A stretch of 64,000 nt of DNA, taken from contig JBAZYP010000001.1 in NCBI GenBank assembly GCA_041659265.1, positions 192,817 through 256,816 of the forward strand. The letters are read 5' to 3'. This DNA is from Candidatus Pacearchaeota archaeon (GTDB lineage: Archaea; Nanobdellota; Nanobdellia; Pacearchaeales; GW2011-AR1). Position numbers and translations under genes: made by a program. Below the pieces are notes generated by a model. It did no database searches, was not told the DNA's origin, and saw only the letters and a program-made list of their open reading frames with translations. Each line of letters opens with the position of its first letter. Positions within the stretch are counted from its first letter, which is position 1. Positions 45,183 through 53,880 of the stretch are shown here, in pieces.

Positions 45183-45434
45183 ATGGAAGGGAAATTAATT
45201 GGTAGAGTCTTTAATTATTTTGAACATATTTCTGTAGCTGCTATAACTTTATCTGGACCATTAAAGTTAGGAGATACAATTCGAATTGTTGGAGGGGATA
45301 AAGATTTTACAGAAGTTATAGATAATATTCAAATTAATAAAGATAAAGTTAGTTCTGCGAAAGCTGGGGATAAAGTTGGTGTAAAAGTAAGCGAGAAAGT
45401 ATGTAGTGGATATAAGGTTTATAAAGTGGTTTAA
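45183..45434 (+). CDS. Small beta-barrel protein resembling EF-Tu domain 2
   Basis: 'GRVFNYFEHISVAAITLSGPLKLGDTIRIVG......AKAGDKVGVKV'. The call is from memory only. Confidence 0.4.
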   Translation: MEGKLIGRVFNYFEHISVAAITLSGPLKLGDTIRIVGGDKDFTEVIDNIQINKDKVSSAKAGDKVGVKVSEKVCSGYKVYKVV

Positions 45435-45514
45435 ATACCACTAACCTTTATCTATAAATCTCTTTTTAGCAATAATTTAAGTTAGAATAATGAATATTAG
45501 ATTATATTATTCAA

Positions 45515-45661
45515 TTACCATCTAATGCCTGTATCTTTAGGCTTTCCGTGTTGTTCAAATTTATCAGAATTTAAGCAATCAAAACAAGTATGTACTGTTC
45601 CATTATTATCCTTAATATAACCTTTGCCTTCACATTTAGGACATAAATCCTCTTTTGTCAT
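45515..45661 (-). CDS. 48-aa DnaJ-type zinc-finger protein
   Basis: Absent from the ORF track. My translation is MTKEDLCPKCEGKGYIKDNNGTVHTCFDCLNSDKFEQHGKPKDTGIRW. It has a CxxCxGxG motif plus a second CxxC. Confidence 0.45.
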   Translation of the reverse strand: MTKEDLCPKCEGKGYIKDNNGTVHTCFDCLNSDKFEQHGKPKDTGIRW

Positions 45662-45722
45662 ATATAATATATACTGAATCTTCTATATAACTATTGTGTT
45701 GTTATCGAATAATTATATAAAT

Positions 45723-46256
45723 TTACTTTTTCTTTTCTTTTTGATATTGTCTTTGATAAAGAATATCTTTAAAGATAATTACTTTTTCACCAACTGAAGG
45801 TTTATGAAAGTCGAATTCAAAATTAAATAATTCTTTTAATCTTTTTTGTTGAGCATATATTTCTTGTAAATTTAATCTATCATAGAAATTATCCTTAGAA
45901 TATTTTGAATCATCTAAATCAAAAATTTCCCATAATTCTTTATATTCTTTTCTTTCTTCCTTTGATAATAGTTCATAAGATAAATCTTTTAATGCATTTA
46001 TTCCTGATGCTTTAATACTTAAATTAATTTTATCAAGAATATCATTACTTTCTTGCGCCTTTATCCATTCTTCATATGTAAAATATGTTGAATATATATC
46101 ATTTGATTCTTGTTTATTAAAATCATCTAAAATAAATTCTATTTTTTGTCTAGGAATATTTGGTTTATAGGAAGCTTGAACTGAATTTGGATCGGAAGTG
46201 TTTAATCCTAAAAGCCCAATTAATCCAAGTTTTGAAAAAATGTTTCTGTTTTTCAT
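45723..46256 (-). CDS. Hypothetical secreted protein
   Basis: An N-terminal hydrophobic signal followed by a charged, helical remainder. Confidence 0.4.
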   Translation of the reverse strand: MKNRNIFSKLGLIGLLGLNTSDPNSVQASYKPNIPRQKIEFILDDFNKQESNDIYSTYFTYEEWIKAQESNDILDKINLSIKASGINALKDLSYELLSKEERKEYKELWEIFDLDDSKYSKDNFYDRLNLQEIYAQQKRLKELFNFEFDFHKPSVGEKVIIFKDILYQRQYQKEKKK

Positions 46257-46362
46257 TAAAAATTTTAGAGTAAGTAATATATAATCTTAATTATCTCCTA
46301 ATAGAAGTTTTTATATGGGGTTTTTTTTAGTATAATATTGTACTATTTTATTGTACTAATTA

Positions 46363-46387
46363 GCCCCTGTAGTGTAGTGGCCAAGAA
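46363..46387 (+). pseudogene. Orphan tRNA 5' fragment (acceptor 5' strand plus D arm)
   Basis: GCCCCTGTAGTGTAGTGGCCAAGAA matches the first 24 nt of tRNA-Glu at 47321 at 20 positions, with 3 mismatches and 1 indel. No anticodon or T arm follows. Confidence 0.6.
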
Positions 46388-46390
46388 AAG

Positions 46391-46400
46391 ATTTAAATAA
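46391..46400 (+). promoter_or_regulatory. TATA-like box for the LAGLIDADG gene
   Basis: ATTTAAATAA lies 21-30 nt before the ATG at 46421. Confidence 0.4.
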
Positions 46401-46420
46401 TTCTTTAAGTAAGTAATTAA

Positions 46421-47335
46421 ATGAAAATTAAGTTAAAAAAAGGTAAACAAAGAGAATTAATTCTTTTAGCTAAAAATGATAAAAACTGGAAAGAATTTGC
46501 AAAGTTAGTTAATATTTCTGAAAAATATTTATGTAACGATTTAAAGAATGAAAAAATATTAATTTCAGAAATGCTATATTTGAATCTTTGTAAAATTTCA
46601 AATAAAAATTTTGATGAATTTATTATTGAAAGATTAGATAATAATTGGGGAAAATCAAAAGGAGGAAAAATCTCTAGAGGAAATACTAAAGATTTTAAAG
46701 AGCCAAAAGAGTCTTTAGAATTAGCTGAATTAATAGGAATAATTCTTGGCGATGGTCATGTTGAAAAATTAAAGATCGGTTCAAAAATAAGATGTTATTC
46801 CATTGTTGTTACTGGTGATTCTAGACATGATAAAAAGTATTTAATAAAATATGTTAATAATCTATTTAAAAAATTATTTAATGAAAATGGGAGAATTCTT
46901 TATTCTAAGGATAAAAATAGCATCTATATTAAATTACATGGTAAGAAAATTGTAGATTTTATAGAAAGTAAAGGTGTTTTTGGAGGTAATAAAAAAAGAA
47001 ATAATCAGGGTATACCTAAATGGATTCTTATAAATGATTCTTATTTAAAAGCAACTTTACGTGGTTTAATTGATACTGATGGATGTATATATTATATTTC
47101 TAAAAATAATAGAAATTTAAGAATATCGTTTACGAGTTATATTCCTAATTTAATGAATGATGTAAGAAATTCATTTTTAAAATTAGGTTTTAATCCTTCT
47201 GAAATTATAAGATGTAAAGATATAACCATTAGTAGAAAAGAAGATATTAAAAAATACTTGAAAGAAATCGGTTTTTCAAATGATAAACATTTAAAAAGAT
47301 ATCAAAATTTAGTTCAATATGCCCCTATCGTCTAG
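46421..47335 (+). CDS. Free-standing double-motif LAGLIDADG homing endonuclease
   Basis: Motifs 'LAELIGIILGDGHV' and 'LRGLIDTDGCIY'. The last four codons (APIV) and the TAG stop lie inside tRNA-Glu. Confidence 0.85.
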   Translation: MKIKLKKGKQRELILLAKNDKNWKEFAKLVNISEKYLCNDLKNEKILISEMLYLNLCKISNKNFDEFIIERLDNNWGKSKGGKISRGNTKDFKEPKESLELAELIGIILGDGHVEKLKIGSKIRCYSIVVTGDSRHDKKYLIKYVNNLFKKLFNENGRILYSKDKNSIYIKLHGKKIVDFIESKGVFGGNKKRNNQGIPKWILINDSYLKATLRGLIDTDGCIYYISKNNRNLRISFTSYIPNLMNDVRNSFLKLGFNPSEIIRCKDITISRKEDIKKYLKEIGFSNDKHLKRYQNLVQYAPIV

Positions 47336-47394
47336 CTGGCCAAGGATTTAGCCTTCTCAAGGCTGCGACCCGGGTTCGAATCCCGGTGGGGGCA
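47321..47394 (+). tRNA. tRNA-Glu (anticodon CUC)
   Basis: Hand fold: acceptor GCCCCTA/TGGGGGC, D stem GTCT/GGAT (two G-U pairs), anticodon arm TAGCC-TTCTCAA-GGCTG, T arm CCGGG-TTCGAAT-CCCGG, discriminator A. Confidence 0.85.
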
Positions 47395-47455
47395 TATAAA
47401 ATAAAAATAATAATTTTAGAGAATATTATATAAAGATATTTTATTCTTTATATAA

Positions 47456-48625
47456 ATGGAAAAGAGGAAATTTTTTGGTTTATTAATTTTAATAATCTTT
47501 TATCTAACTGGGTCAAATTTAGCACAAGATAATTTTGTAAATCAAACAAATATTAATATAAGCGAAGAAACAAATTTATCTAATAATTCAATAGAAAAAA
47601 CTACAATAAGTTCTATTGAAGAAAAGGATAGTGTTAAAAAAGAGAATATTTTTATTAAAATCCTATCTAGTATTTCTTTACTTGAGATAATATTAATAAT
47701 TATTTTTATTATTTTATTAATTGATTTCTTTTTTTTCAAGACATTAAAAAAGTATTTTTTTATTAAACCTTTTAATTTTTTTAGAAAATCTGCAAAAGAT
47801 ATAGGTAGTTTAAAAATTAATAAATTTATTAATAGAAACTTTTATAGATTAGATTCTGAAGATAATTTACTTGATGCAATTGAATTTTTTGCAAGCAATA
47901 ATATTAATTCCATAGTTATTACTAAAGCTAATCGGGCATGTGGAGTTTTAGTTAAAAAAGATCTTTTAAAGTTGATAAATAATTTATCTTTTGATAAACT
48001 TACAAAAACTAAATTAAAAGAGGTTATAAAAAGAGATTTTTTATTTGGGAATCCTAAAGATAATCTTGATAAAGTTTTTAATCAGATTATTAAAACAAAA
48101 AACGGTATAATTCTATTTGAAGAAAATGGACTATTAATAGGAGTTGTAGATTATTTTGATATATTAAATGCTCTTGGAAGACAAAATTTAATTGTTGATA
48201 ATTTTCCAATAACAAGAGAAATTATGAATAGTAATGTAATTAATATTGATGATAATAAGAATTTGAATCAGTTAAAAGAATTATTTATAAAAGAAAATAC
48301 TGAATATGCAATAGTACTAAAAGAAAATAGGCCTATGGGGATAGTCACCATAAAAGATATTTTAGGGAGTATTTATAAAAATCTTGATTTAAATAATATT
48401 TATATAAGTAATGTTATGTCTCCTAGACTTGTAAATTTATATCCGTGGACACCAATATATGATACTTTGGAAAAATTCTTGGAAAAACGTTTTAATCAGA
48501 TCCCTATTATTGATGAAGATAAAATAATTGGAATTGTAAGTGTTATGGATATAGTCAAATCTTATTATAAATTATTAAATGAATTAAAAAATATAAATGA
48601 AAATTATGATATTCAGGTTGAATAA
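47456..48625 (+). CDS. Membrane-anchored tandem-CBS-domain protein
   Basis: Signal and TM segments followed by repeated CBS-like units ('AIEFFASNNINSIVI', 'IGVVDYFDILNAL', 'MGIVTIKDILGSI', 'IGIVSVMDIVKSY'). Confidence 0.65.
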   Translation: MEKRKFFGLLILIIFYLTGSNLAQDNFVNQTNINISEETNLSNNSIEKTTISSIEEKDSVKKENIFIKILSSISLLEIILIIIFIILLIDFFFFKTLKKYFFIKPFNFFRKSAKDIGSLKINKFINRNFYRLDSEDNLLDAIEFFASNNINSIVITKANRACGVLVKKDLLKLINNLSFDKLTKTKLKEVIKRDFLFGNPKDNLDKVFNQIIKTKNGIILFEENGLLIGVVDYFDILNALGRQNLIVDNFPITREIMNSNVINIDDNKNLNQLKELFIKENTEYAIVLKENRPMGIVTIKDILGSIYKNLDLNNIYISNVMSPRLVNLYPWTPIYDTLEKFLEKRFNQIPIIDEDKIIGIVSVMDIVKSYYKLLNELKNINENYDIQVE

Positions 48626-48753
48626 ATTAAATTCTTTTAAATTGCTTCAATAAATGATATTTTATTAAATATATCCTCTAATGCAGATAGACTTAAAAAC
48701 TGTATTTGGCTATTATAAGATAAGAAAAAAAGGTCAATAATTCATTAATTTAT

Positions 48754-49158
48754 ATGAAAAAGTCTCCCTTAAGCCAACTATCTTGGATTCTTATATCATT
48801 ATCAGTTTTAGTATTACTTTTAGTTTTTTTTATTTCTATTTTTCTTTATACAAGACCCCCTGAAGAAATAATTACTAATAAAAATAATAATGAGATTCCT
48901 GAATTAAAAACTCATATTATTAAAATTACTAAAGTAGGATTTGTTCCTAATGAAGTTGAATCAAGAATTGGAGATAGTGTGATTTGGATAAATGAAGAAT
49001 ATGTTTTTTATAAAGTAATATCTGATGATAAGGTTGAATTTCAATCTTCAAGATTATACAAAGGACAAAATTATACTTATGTAACTCTAAAGGAAGGGAC
49101 TTATGATTATCATTGCTCAGATCAACCATATCTTAAAGGAAAAATAATTGTTAAATAA
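48754..49158 (+). CDS. Membrane-anchored cupredoxin-like protein with incomplete copper ligands
   Basis: 'IKITKVGFVPNEVESRIGDSVIWINE' and 'GTYDYHCSDQPYLKGKIIV'. This is the plastocyanin-like C-terminal pattern without the usual His and Met. Confidence 0.5.
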   Translation: MKKSPLSQLSWILISLSVLVLLLVFFISIFLYTRPPEEIITNKNNNEIPELKTHIIKITKVGFVPNEVESRIGDSVIWINEEYVFYKVISDDKVEFQSSRLYKGQNYTYVTLKEGTYDYHCSDQPYLKGKIIVK

Positions 49159-49884
49159 TTAAAATATTCTAGGATTAAATACACCGAAGTATAAAAAAAT
49201 TAAGATTAAGAATATTATTGCTAAAATTACTATTAGTGGAATTGCTAATGCTGTAATTGCTTTTCCAATAGAAATATTATGTACATTAGAAAGTCCTATT
49301 ACAATTAAAACTATTGAATAAATAATACTTAAAAATCCTACAAAAGGTATTATAAATAGGGCTATTGAAGGTAGTAAACTATAAATTATAACCTTTAAAG
49401 TTTCTTGATAATTTTCAATTTTCTCATCTCCTTTAACTAATAGCAATAATCCTTGAATTAAGAATGCTAGGATAAACAACCCGATTAATCCTGGAATTAA
49501 CATAAATACTCCTATAATAAAACCAGACATAAGTGGGAAATATGATAATCCATTATTTCTTAAAATAAAATTACTTAAAATAAAATTAAGAGCGAATCCT
49601 ATGACTATTAATCCTAAACAAAATAAACCTAATATCTTTAAAGATATTCCTAATGATTCAGATTTAATATTTGAAAAAAATTCATTTGGGTCTGTAATAA
49701 TTTTTGAAAGTCTTTCAAATTCATTAGAATATTTCTTTTTAGAGTAATTTTTATTGGTTTTTTTTAAAATAAAAAAAGGATCAATTTCAGAATTTGAATA
49801 ACCTTTTTTATTCAATAGCTCATAAATATCTTTTTTAGAAAATCCTTGTTCTTTAGCTTTATCAATTATTTCTTTAATTCCCAT
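49159..49884 (-). CDS. Yip1-like multi-pass membrane protein
   Basis: A soluble N-terminal helix bundle followed by 4-5 TM helices. The call is from memory only. Confidence 0.4.
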   Translation of the reverse strand: MGIKEIIDKAKEQGFSKKDIYELLNKKGYSNSEIDPFFILKKTNKNYSKKKYSNEFERLSKIITDPNEFFSNIKSESLGISLKILGLFCLGLIVIGFALNFILSNFILRNNGLSYFPLMSGFIIGVFMLIPGLIGLFILAFLIQGLLLLVKGDEKIENYQETLKVIIYSLLPSIALFIIPFVGFLSIIYSIVLIVIGLSNVHNISIGKAITALAIPLIVILAIIFLILIFLYFGVFNPRIF

Positions 49885-49977
49885 TAATATAAAATAATAT
49901 ATTTTTCTTAATAAATATATCTATCTCAATATATATTTTATAAAAAGATTTAAATATGGGTAGTTCTTTTTTTAATT

Positions 49978-50154
49978 ATGAAGTTGGAATATTTATTTTA
50001 TGGAATAGGTATATTCTTTTTATTTTATACTGTTGCATATTTTGCATATAATTATTTATTTGATTTATCTGATTTTTTAAAGACAGTAATGCTTGTTTTA
50101 TCTGTAATAATATTTTTCATATTAGGGGAGGTTATGTCTGATAAAGATTTATGA
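49978..50154 (+). CDS. 58-aa two-TM membrane protein
   Basis: Absent from the ORF track. The sequence is MKLEYLFYGIGIFFLFYTVAYFAYNYLFDLSDFLKTVMLVLSVIIFFILGEVMSDKDL. Its stop overlaps the next ATG. Confidence 0.35.
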   Translation: MKLEYLFYGIGIFFLFYTVAYFAYNYLFDLSDFLKTVMLVLSVIIFFILGEVMSDKDL

Positions 50155-50453
50155 TGTATTCAGAATGGTTAGGTCCTTTTGGTTGGGGAATATTTTTTAT
50201 CGGATTAGTCCTTAGCGTAATCTTTTTTATTGTTAAAAAGAAATTTTATCCGATTATGTATATACTTTCAATTTGTCTATACATATTTACTTTTGGTTTT
50301 ATTATTGATGCATTTGATTTAGGTAAGAATTCTATTTTATTATTGCTTGCATTTTCTTCTTTATTATTTATCGGTGCTGGAGTTTATTTTTCATATAAAC
50401 TTAATCTAAAGAAGGCTAGATTTGAAGCATCTATCCCATCAAGAAAGAGATAA
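50151..50453 (+). CDS. Small three-TM membrane protein
   Basis: A hydrophobic 100-aa ORF coupled to its neighbours. Confidence 0.4.
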   Translation: MMYSEWLGPFGWGIFFIGLVLSVIFFIVKKKFYPIMYILSICLYIFTFGFIIDAFDLGKNSILLLLAFSSLLFIGAGVYFSYKLNLKKARFEASIPSRKR

Positions 50454-50455
50454 AT

Positions 50456-51031
50456 ATGGAATTAAAAGTAATCTTTGGTATTGTTATTCCTTTATGTTTA
50501 ATGATTATTATTGGAATAATTGGTAGTTTGGATATTGGTTCTGTTAATAAAGTTTATTCAAAACAAATTTTGGTTAGAGATCTTTTCAAAGGGGATAATA
50601 TCAGGGATAGTATAAAAATTGGTGAAGTTTATATTGATAATCAACATTTTATCACAAAAAGATTTGATTTGGAAAATATGGGAGTGTGTTTAAAAGATTT
50701 AGAAGGCGCTAAAGAAACTCTTGAAGCTGGAAATATAGAATATTCAGAAGGAGATTATCTTCCAGATGATTTATATAATTCAAGATCGAATTCAGATAAA
50801 AGTGTGGAAGTAAAAGCTAATTCAAAAAAAACTGTGAAAATCTTTTTAAGACCAAGCTATTCATATTATTATCAAAATCAGGATCAATTGATTGAGAAAT
50901 ATAAGGATTATGATGAGTTATTGATTTATGAAAAAAATGGCAATAAAGGTATTTATTATAATTATGACAGTTGTTATAATTTAAACTCAGAAACTTTAGC
51001 TAATGCAATTCATATTTCAATTGTTTCATAA
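50456..51031 (+). CDS. Hypothetical membrane-anchored protein
   Basis: An N-terminal TM helix. It starts 2 nt after the previous stop. Confidence 0.4.
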   Translation: MELKVIFGIVIPLCLMIIIGIIGSLDIGSVNKVYSKQILVRDLFKGDNIRDSIKIGEVYIDNQHFITKRFDLENMGVCLKDLEGAKETLEAGNIEYSEGDYLPDDLYNSRSNSDKSVEVKANSKKTVKIFLRPSYSYYYQNQDQLIEKYKDYDELLIYEKNGNKGIYYNYDSCYNLNSETLANAIHISIVS

Positions 51032-51139
51032 AAATAGATTCATAAAATTTAAATATAGTTAATTTGATTAAGATAAAGAAAAAAAAATAAATTAAGTTTA
51101 TATAATTGTTTTATCTGACGATAAAAATTTTCATATTCA

Positions 51140-51155
51140 TAAGCTTTAAATATTA
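51140..51155 (+). promoter_or_regulatory. BRE/TATA-like box (TAAGCTTTAAATATTA)
   Basis: Same core as 2163 and 41089, about 40 nt before the ATG at 51190. Confidence 0.4.
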
Positions 51156-51189
51156 TTTTGAATTAGAATAGATATAAGGAAAATAAAAA

Positions 51190-51795
51190 ATGGAAAAAAA
51201 GAATCAGAAAAAACCTAATGTAAAGAGTTTAAAGAAATTGCAAGAATCTTTAATACAGGTAGGCTTAAGGATTGCTAAACGTGGAGAAGGTGCTTTGTTT
51301 GTTGTTGGAGATATTGAATATAAAAATTTAGTTGAGCAGACTGTTCCTCCGTTTAAAGTTATGGACAATCAAAAACTTCTTGAATCTTTAGCATTAATTG
51401 ATGGTGCTGTTATAATTGATCCGGATGGAATGATGAAAGCATACGGGGTTATGATTAAGAGTACTACTGCATTTAAGAATTTTGGAACAAGACATAGTGC
51501 AGGATTATCTGCTGCTAAAGGAGATAATTTAGTAATTCTTATTTCTGAAGAAGATAAAAAGGTAAGAATAATGAAAAAAGGAAAGATGATTATGCAAATA
51601 GATGCACTTCAAAAGAATGTTGAAGATTCTGTTCATGGTGCTGTTGAAATGCTTGAATCTATTGGCGCTGGGACTCTTGGGACTATTGGAACTAGTCTTT
51701 TAATACCTGCATTAGGAATAACATTATTACCTGGAATTATTGTTTTTGGTTCAGCCTATTATTTAGGAAAATTAATGACGAAAAAGTGGAGATAA
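51190..51795 (+). CDS. Diadenylate cyclase (DAC/DisA_N domain) with C-terminal membrane helices
   Basis: 'GEGALFVVGD', 'IDGAVIIDPDG' (the DGA motif), 'GTRHSAGLS' (RHR-like) and 'VILISEEDKKVRI', followed by a hydrophobic tail. Confidence 0.7.
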   Translation: MEKKNQKKPNVKSLKKLQESLIQVGLRIAKRGEGALFVVGDIEYKNLVEQTVPPFKVMDNQKLLESLALIDGAVIIDPDGMMKAYGVMIKSTTAFKNFGTRHSAGLSAAKGDNLVILISEEDKKVRIMKKGKMIMQIDALQKNVEDSVHGAVEMLESIGAGTLGTIGTSLLIPALGITLLPGIIVFGSAYYLGKLMTKKWR

Positions 51796-52022
51796 GAATG
51801 CCAAAATCTAAAATTGCATCAAATTTTATAAGATTTACAGTATGGTTAACAGGCGTACTTGTTTCTTTAGCCGTAGGGTTTGGTATGATTAATAAGGTTT
51901 TAACTATTCCGTTAATAAGTGATTTTTCAAATGGAATAATTACTGAAATTGCAGGAGTAGTAGTTGTTGTATTCACATTAATAAGCGTAGTATTATCTGC
52001 TGTAAATAATTTAGGCAAATAG
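51786..52022 (+). CDS. Small two-TM membrane protein
   Basis: It overlaps the DAC gene end by 10 nt. It is preferred over the antisense ORF at 51737-52018. Confidence 0.4.
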   Translation: MEIRMPKSKIASNFIRFTVWLTGVLVSLAVGFGMINKVLTIPLISDFSNGIITEIAGVVVVVFTLISVVLSAVNNLGK

Positions 52023-52094
52023 TTTACTATAATTAAAATAAACAGAAATGTTTTTATATTAAAAAGTTGTTAATATATAAAAGAGGATGAATTA

Positions 52095-52526
52095 ATGATA
52101 AGCTGGTTGATAATAATAAGTTTAATTATAATAGCAATTTTTTTAATTAGATCAAATCATTTAAAGAAAAGATTCTTTATTTGGACTGTTTTTATTGTTA
52201 TTGTATTCTTATATGTAACAATAACATATGTAGATACAAAAAATAATCTAGATTTTTCTAATCCTCAAAAATTTTTTAGTTCATCAAAAGTATATCTTTC
52301 TTGGTTAGGTGGAGGTTTTGGAAATTTAAAATCTATAACAGGGTATGCTGTTAATATGGATTGGGAAACTGAAAATAATTTATCTAATGAAAATAAACAA
52401 GAATTTGATGTGAATGAAGTTGAAACTAAAAATAATCTTCAACCTCCGCAAAATAGTGAGGTATTATCTAAACCTGTAAATCAACAGATTCCTAATAAAG
52501 GCGCAAGAATTAAAGTAAAATCTTAA
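52095..52526 (+). CDS. Hypothetical membrane protein
   Basis: Two N-terminal TM helices and an N/E-rich tail. Confidence 0.4.
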   Translation: MISWLIIISLIIIAIFLIRSNHLKKRFFIWTVFIVIVFLYVTITYVDTKNNLDFSNPQKFFSSSKVYLSWLGGGFGNLKSITGYAVNMDWETENNLSNENKQEFDVNEVETKNNLQPPQNSEVLSKPVNQQIPNKGARIKVKS

Positions 52527-52528
52527 TT

Positions 52529-52798
52529 TTACTTATGTTCATTTAATTGACTATTTGATTCAAAAGTTGTTTTATTAATAATAATTTCAAAACCTAGATT
52601 TTTTATATCAAAACAAATAGGTTTCATTAAGTTTTTTTTATTTATTCTATCTAAATAGTAAAAAATATCTAAAAAACTAATTTCTTTATCTTCAATATTT
52701 GCATATTTTAGAATCTCATTTAATAGAAATGTATATTCAATTTGTGAAATATTATCTTGGTTATTTTTTTCTATCATGGTAAAGCGAGTAAAGAACAC
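52529..52798 (-). CDS. Hypothetical protein
   Basis: An 89-aa ORF. Confidence 0.3.
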   Translation of the reverse strand: MFFTRFTMIEKNNQDNISQIEYTFLLNEILKYANIEDKEISFLDIFYYLDRINKKNLMKPICFDIKNLGFEIIINKTTFESNSQLNEHK

Positions 52799-52962
52799 TA
52801 GTTTAATAGCACTATTTAAATAATGCGGTCTAAACTTAATATCTAATTTATTAAATTATAATAGAATGCTTTCTATTTATAGTTTATTGGGATAGAAAAT
52901 AAGGGTAAAAATGAGTAAAATTTGGTGATTTTTGGGAGTTTAAGGTGAAATTTTGAATAATA

Positions 52963-53283
52963 TTATAAACGAAACCTTTTGTAATTAAAAGTCCCTGATT
53001 CCATTAATCCATATTTAAGATCGTCTGCAGTTTTTATTAAATTTAATGGAGTATTTGTTTTTTTAAATGCATAAGCTAAATGGAATAATTCTATACAATT
53101 TTCAATAAATTCGTATGAAGATATTTTATTACATTTTCTATCCATATAGAGCAAGGAAAGTTGTAATTCTAACCCAAGATTACTCTCACCTATTTTTAAT
53201 GGTTTTTCTAATTCATCTTTAGAATAACCTCTGCCATTAGTAACAATATTTTCAATGTGTTTTTGAATCGGTGTTTTTTTCAT
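52963..53283 (-). CDS. Hypothetical protein
   Basis: A 106-aa ORF. Confidence 0.35.
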   Translation of the reverse strand: MKKTPIQKHIENIVTNGRGYSKDELEKPLKIGESNLGLELQLSLLYMDRKCNKISSYEFIENCIELFHLAYAFKKTNTPLNLIKTADDLKYGLMESGTFNYKRFRL

Positions 53284-53424
53284 AAAAAGCCAATAATAAT
53301 TTGATTTATAAATATTTTTATTGAAAGACTTAAACTAAGGACTATTAAAATGGGACATATAGTTCAAGCCAGAAGTCTTACTCGACTGTGTCTTTCATTA
53401 TAAGGCTTTATAATGAATTAAGAA

Positions 53425-53497
53425 AGCCACAGTCGAGGATCGAACTCGAGACCTTTACATTACCAATGTAACGCTCTACCAACTGAGCTACTGCGGC
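53425..53497 (-). tRNA. tRNA-Thr (anticodon GGU)
   Basis: Reverse-complement fold: acceptor GCCGCAG/CTGTGGC, D arm GCTC-AGTTGGTA-GAGC, anticodon arm TTACA-TTGGTAA-TGTAA, T arm TCGAG-TTCGATC-CTCGA, discriminator T. Confidence 0.85.
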
Positions 53498-53540
53498 ATG
53501 TAAATTAAAGAAATATGTGGCTTAAAAAGATTTGTAAATA

Positions 53541-53643
53541 CCTGCTTTGTTCGAGAAGTTTAATCAATTTCGAACAAGAACGCAATGACTAATACGTAAT
53601 CAATCTAGCTAAATTAAAATTATGTTCAATCCTGACAAGAGCA
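53541..53643 (+). repeat. Copy E3 (short form) of the structured intergenic element family
   Basis: GCTTTGTTCGAGAAGTTTAATCAATTTCGAACAAGAACGC...CCTGACAAGAGC. TAAATA flanks both ends (53535-53540 and 53644-53649). It lies 44 nt from the tRNA-Thr 5' end. Confidence 0.6.
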
Positions 53644-53880
53644 TAAATATTATTAAGAATTAATTAAAATTATAAAAGAAAAAAAAATAAAATTAATTCT
53701 TGCTTTTTTTCTTTTTTATAAGGTAGTAATAATAATGGTATAGATAATAAAGGGGAAAAGGTAGCTAAGATAATATATATGATCTTTAAAGATCATGGCT
53801 ATACTTTATTAATAACTGTTCCTTATCTTAAAGATGTTCTTTTTAGGGTTTTTCAAGATTTTTATAAAATCTTAATATAT

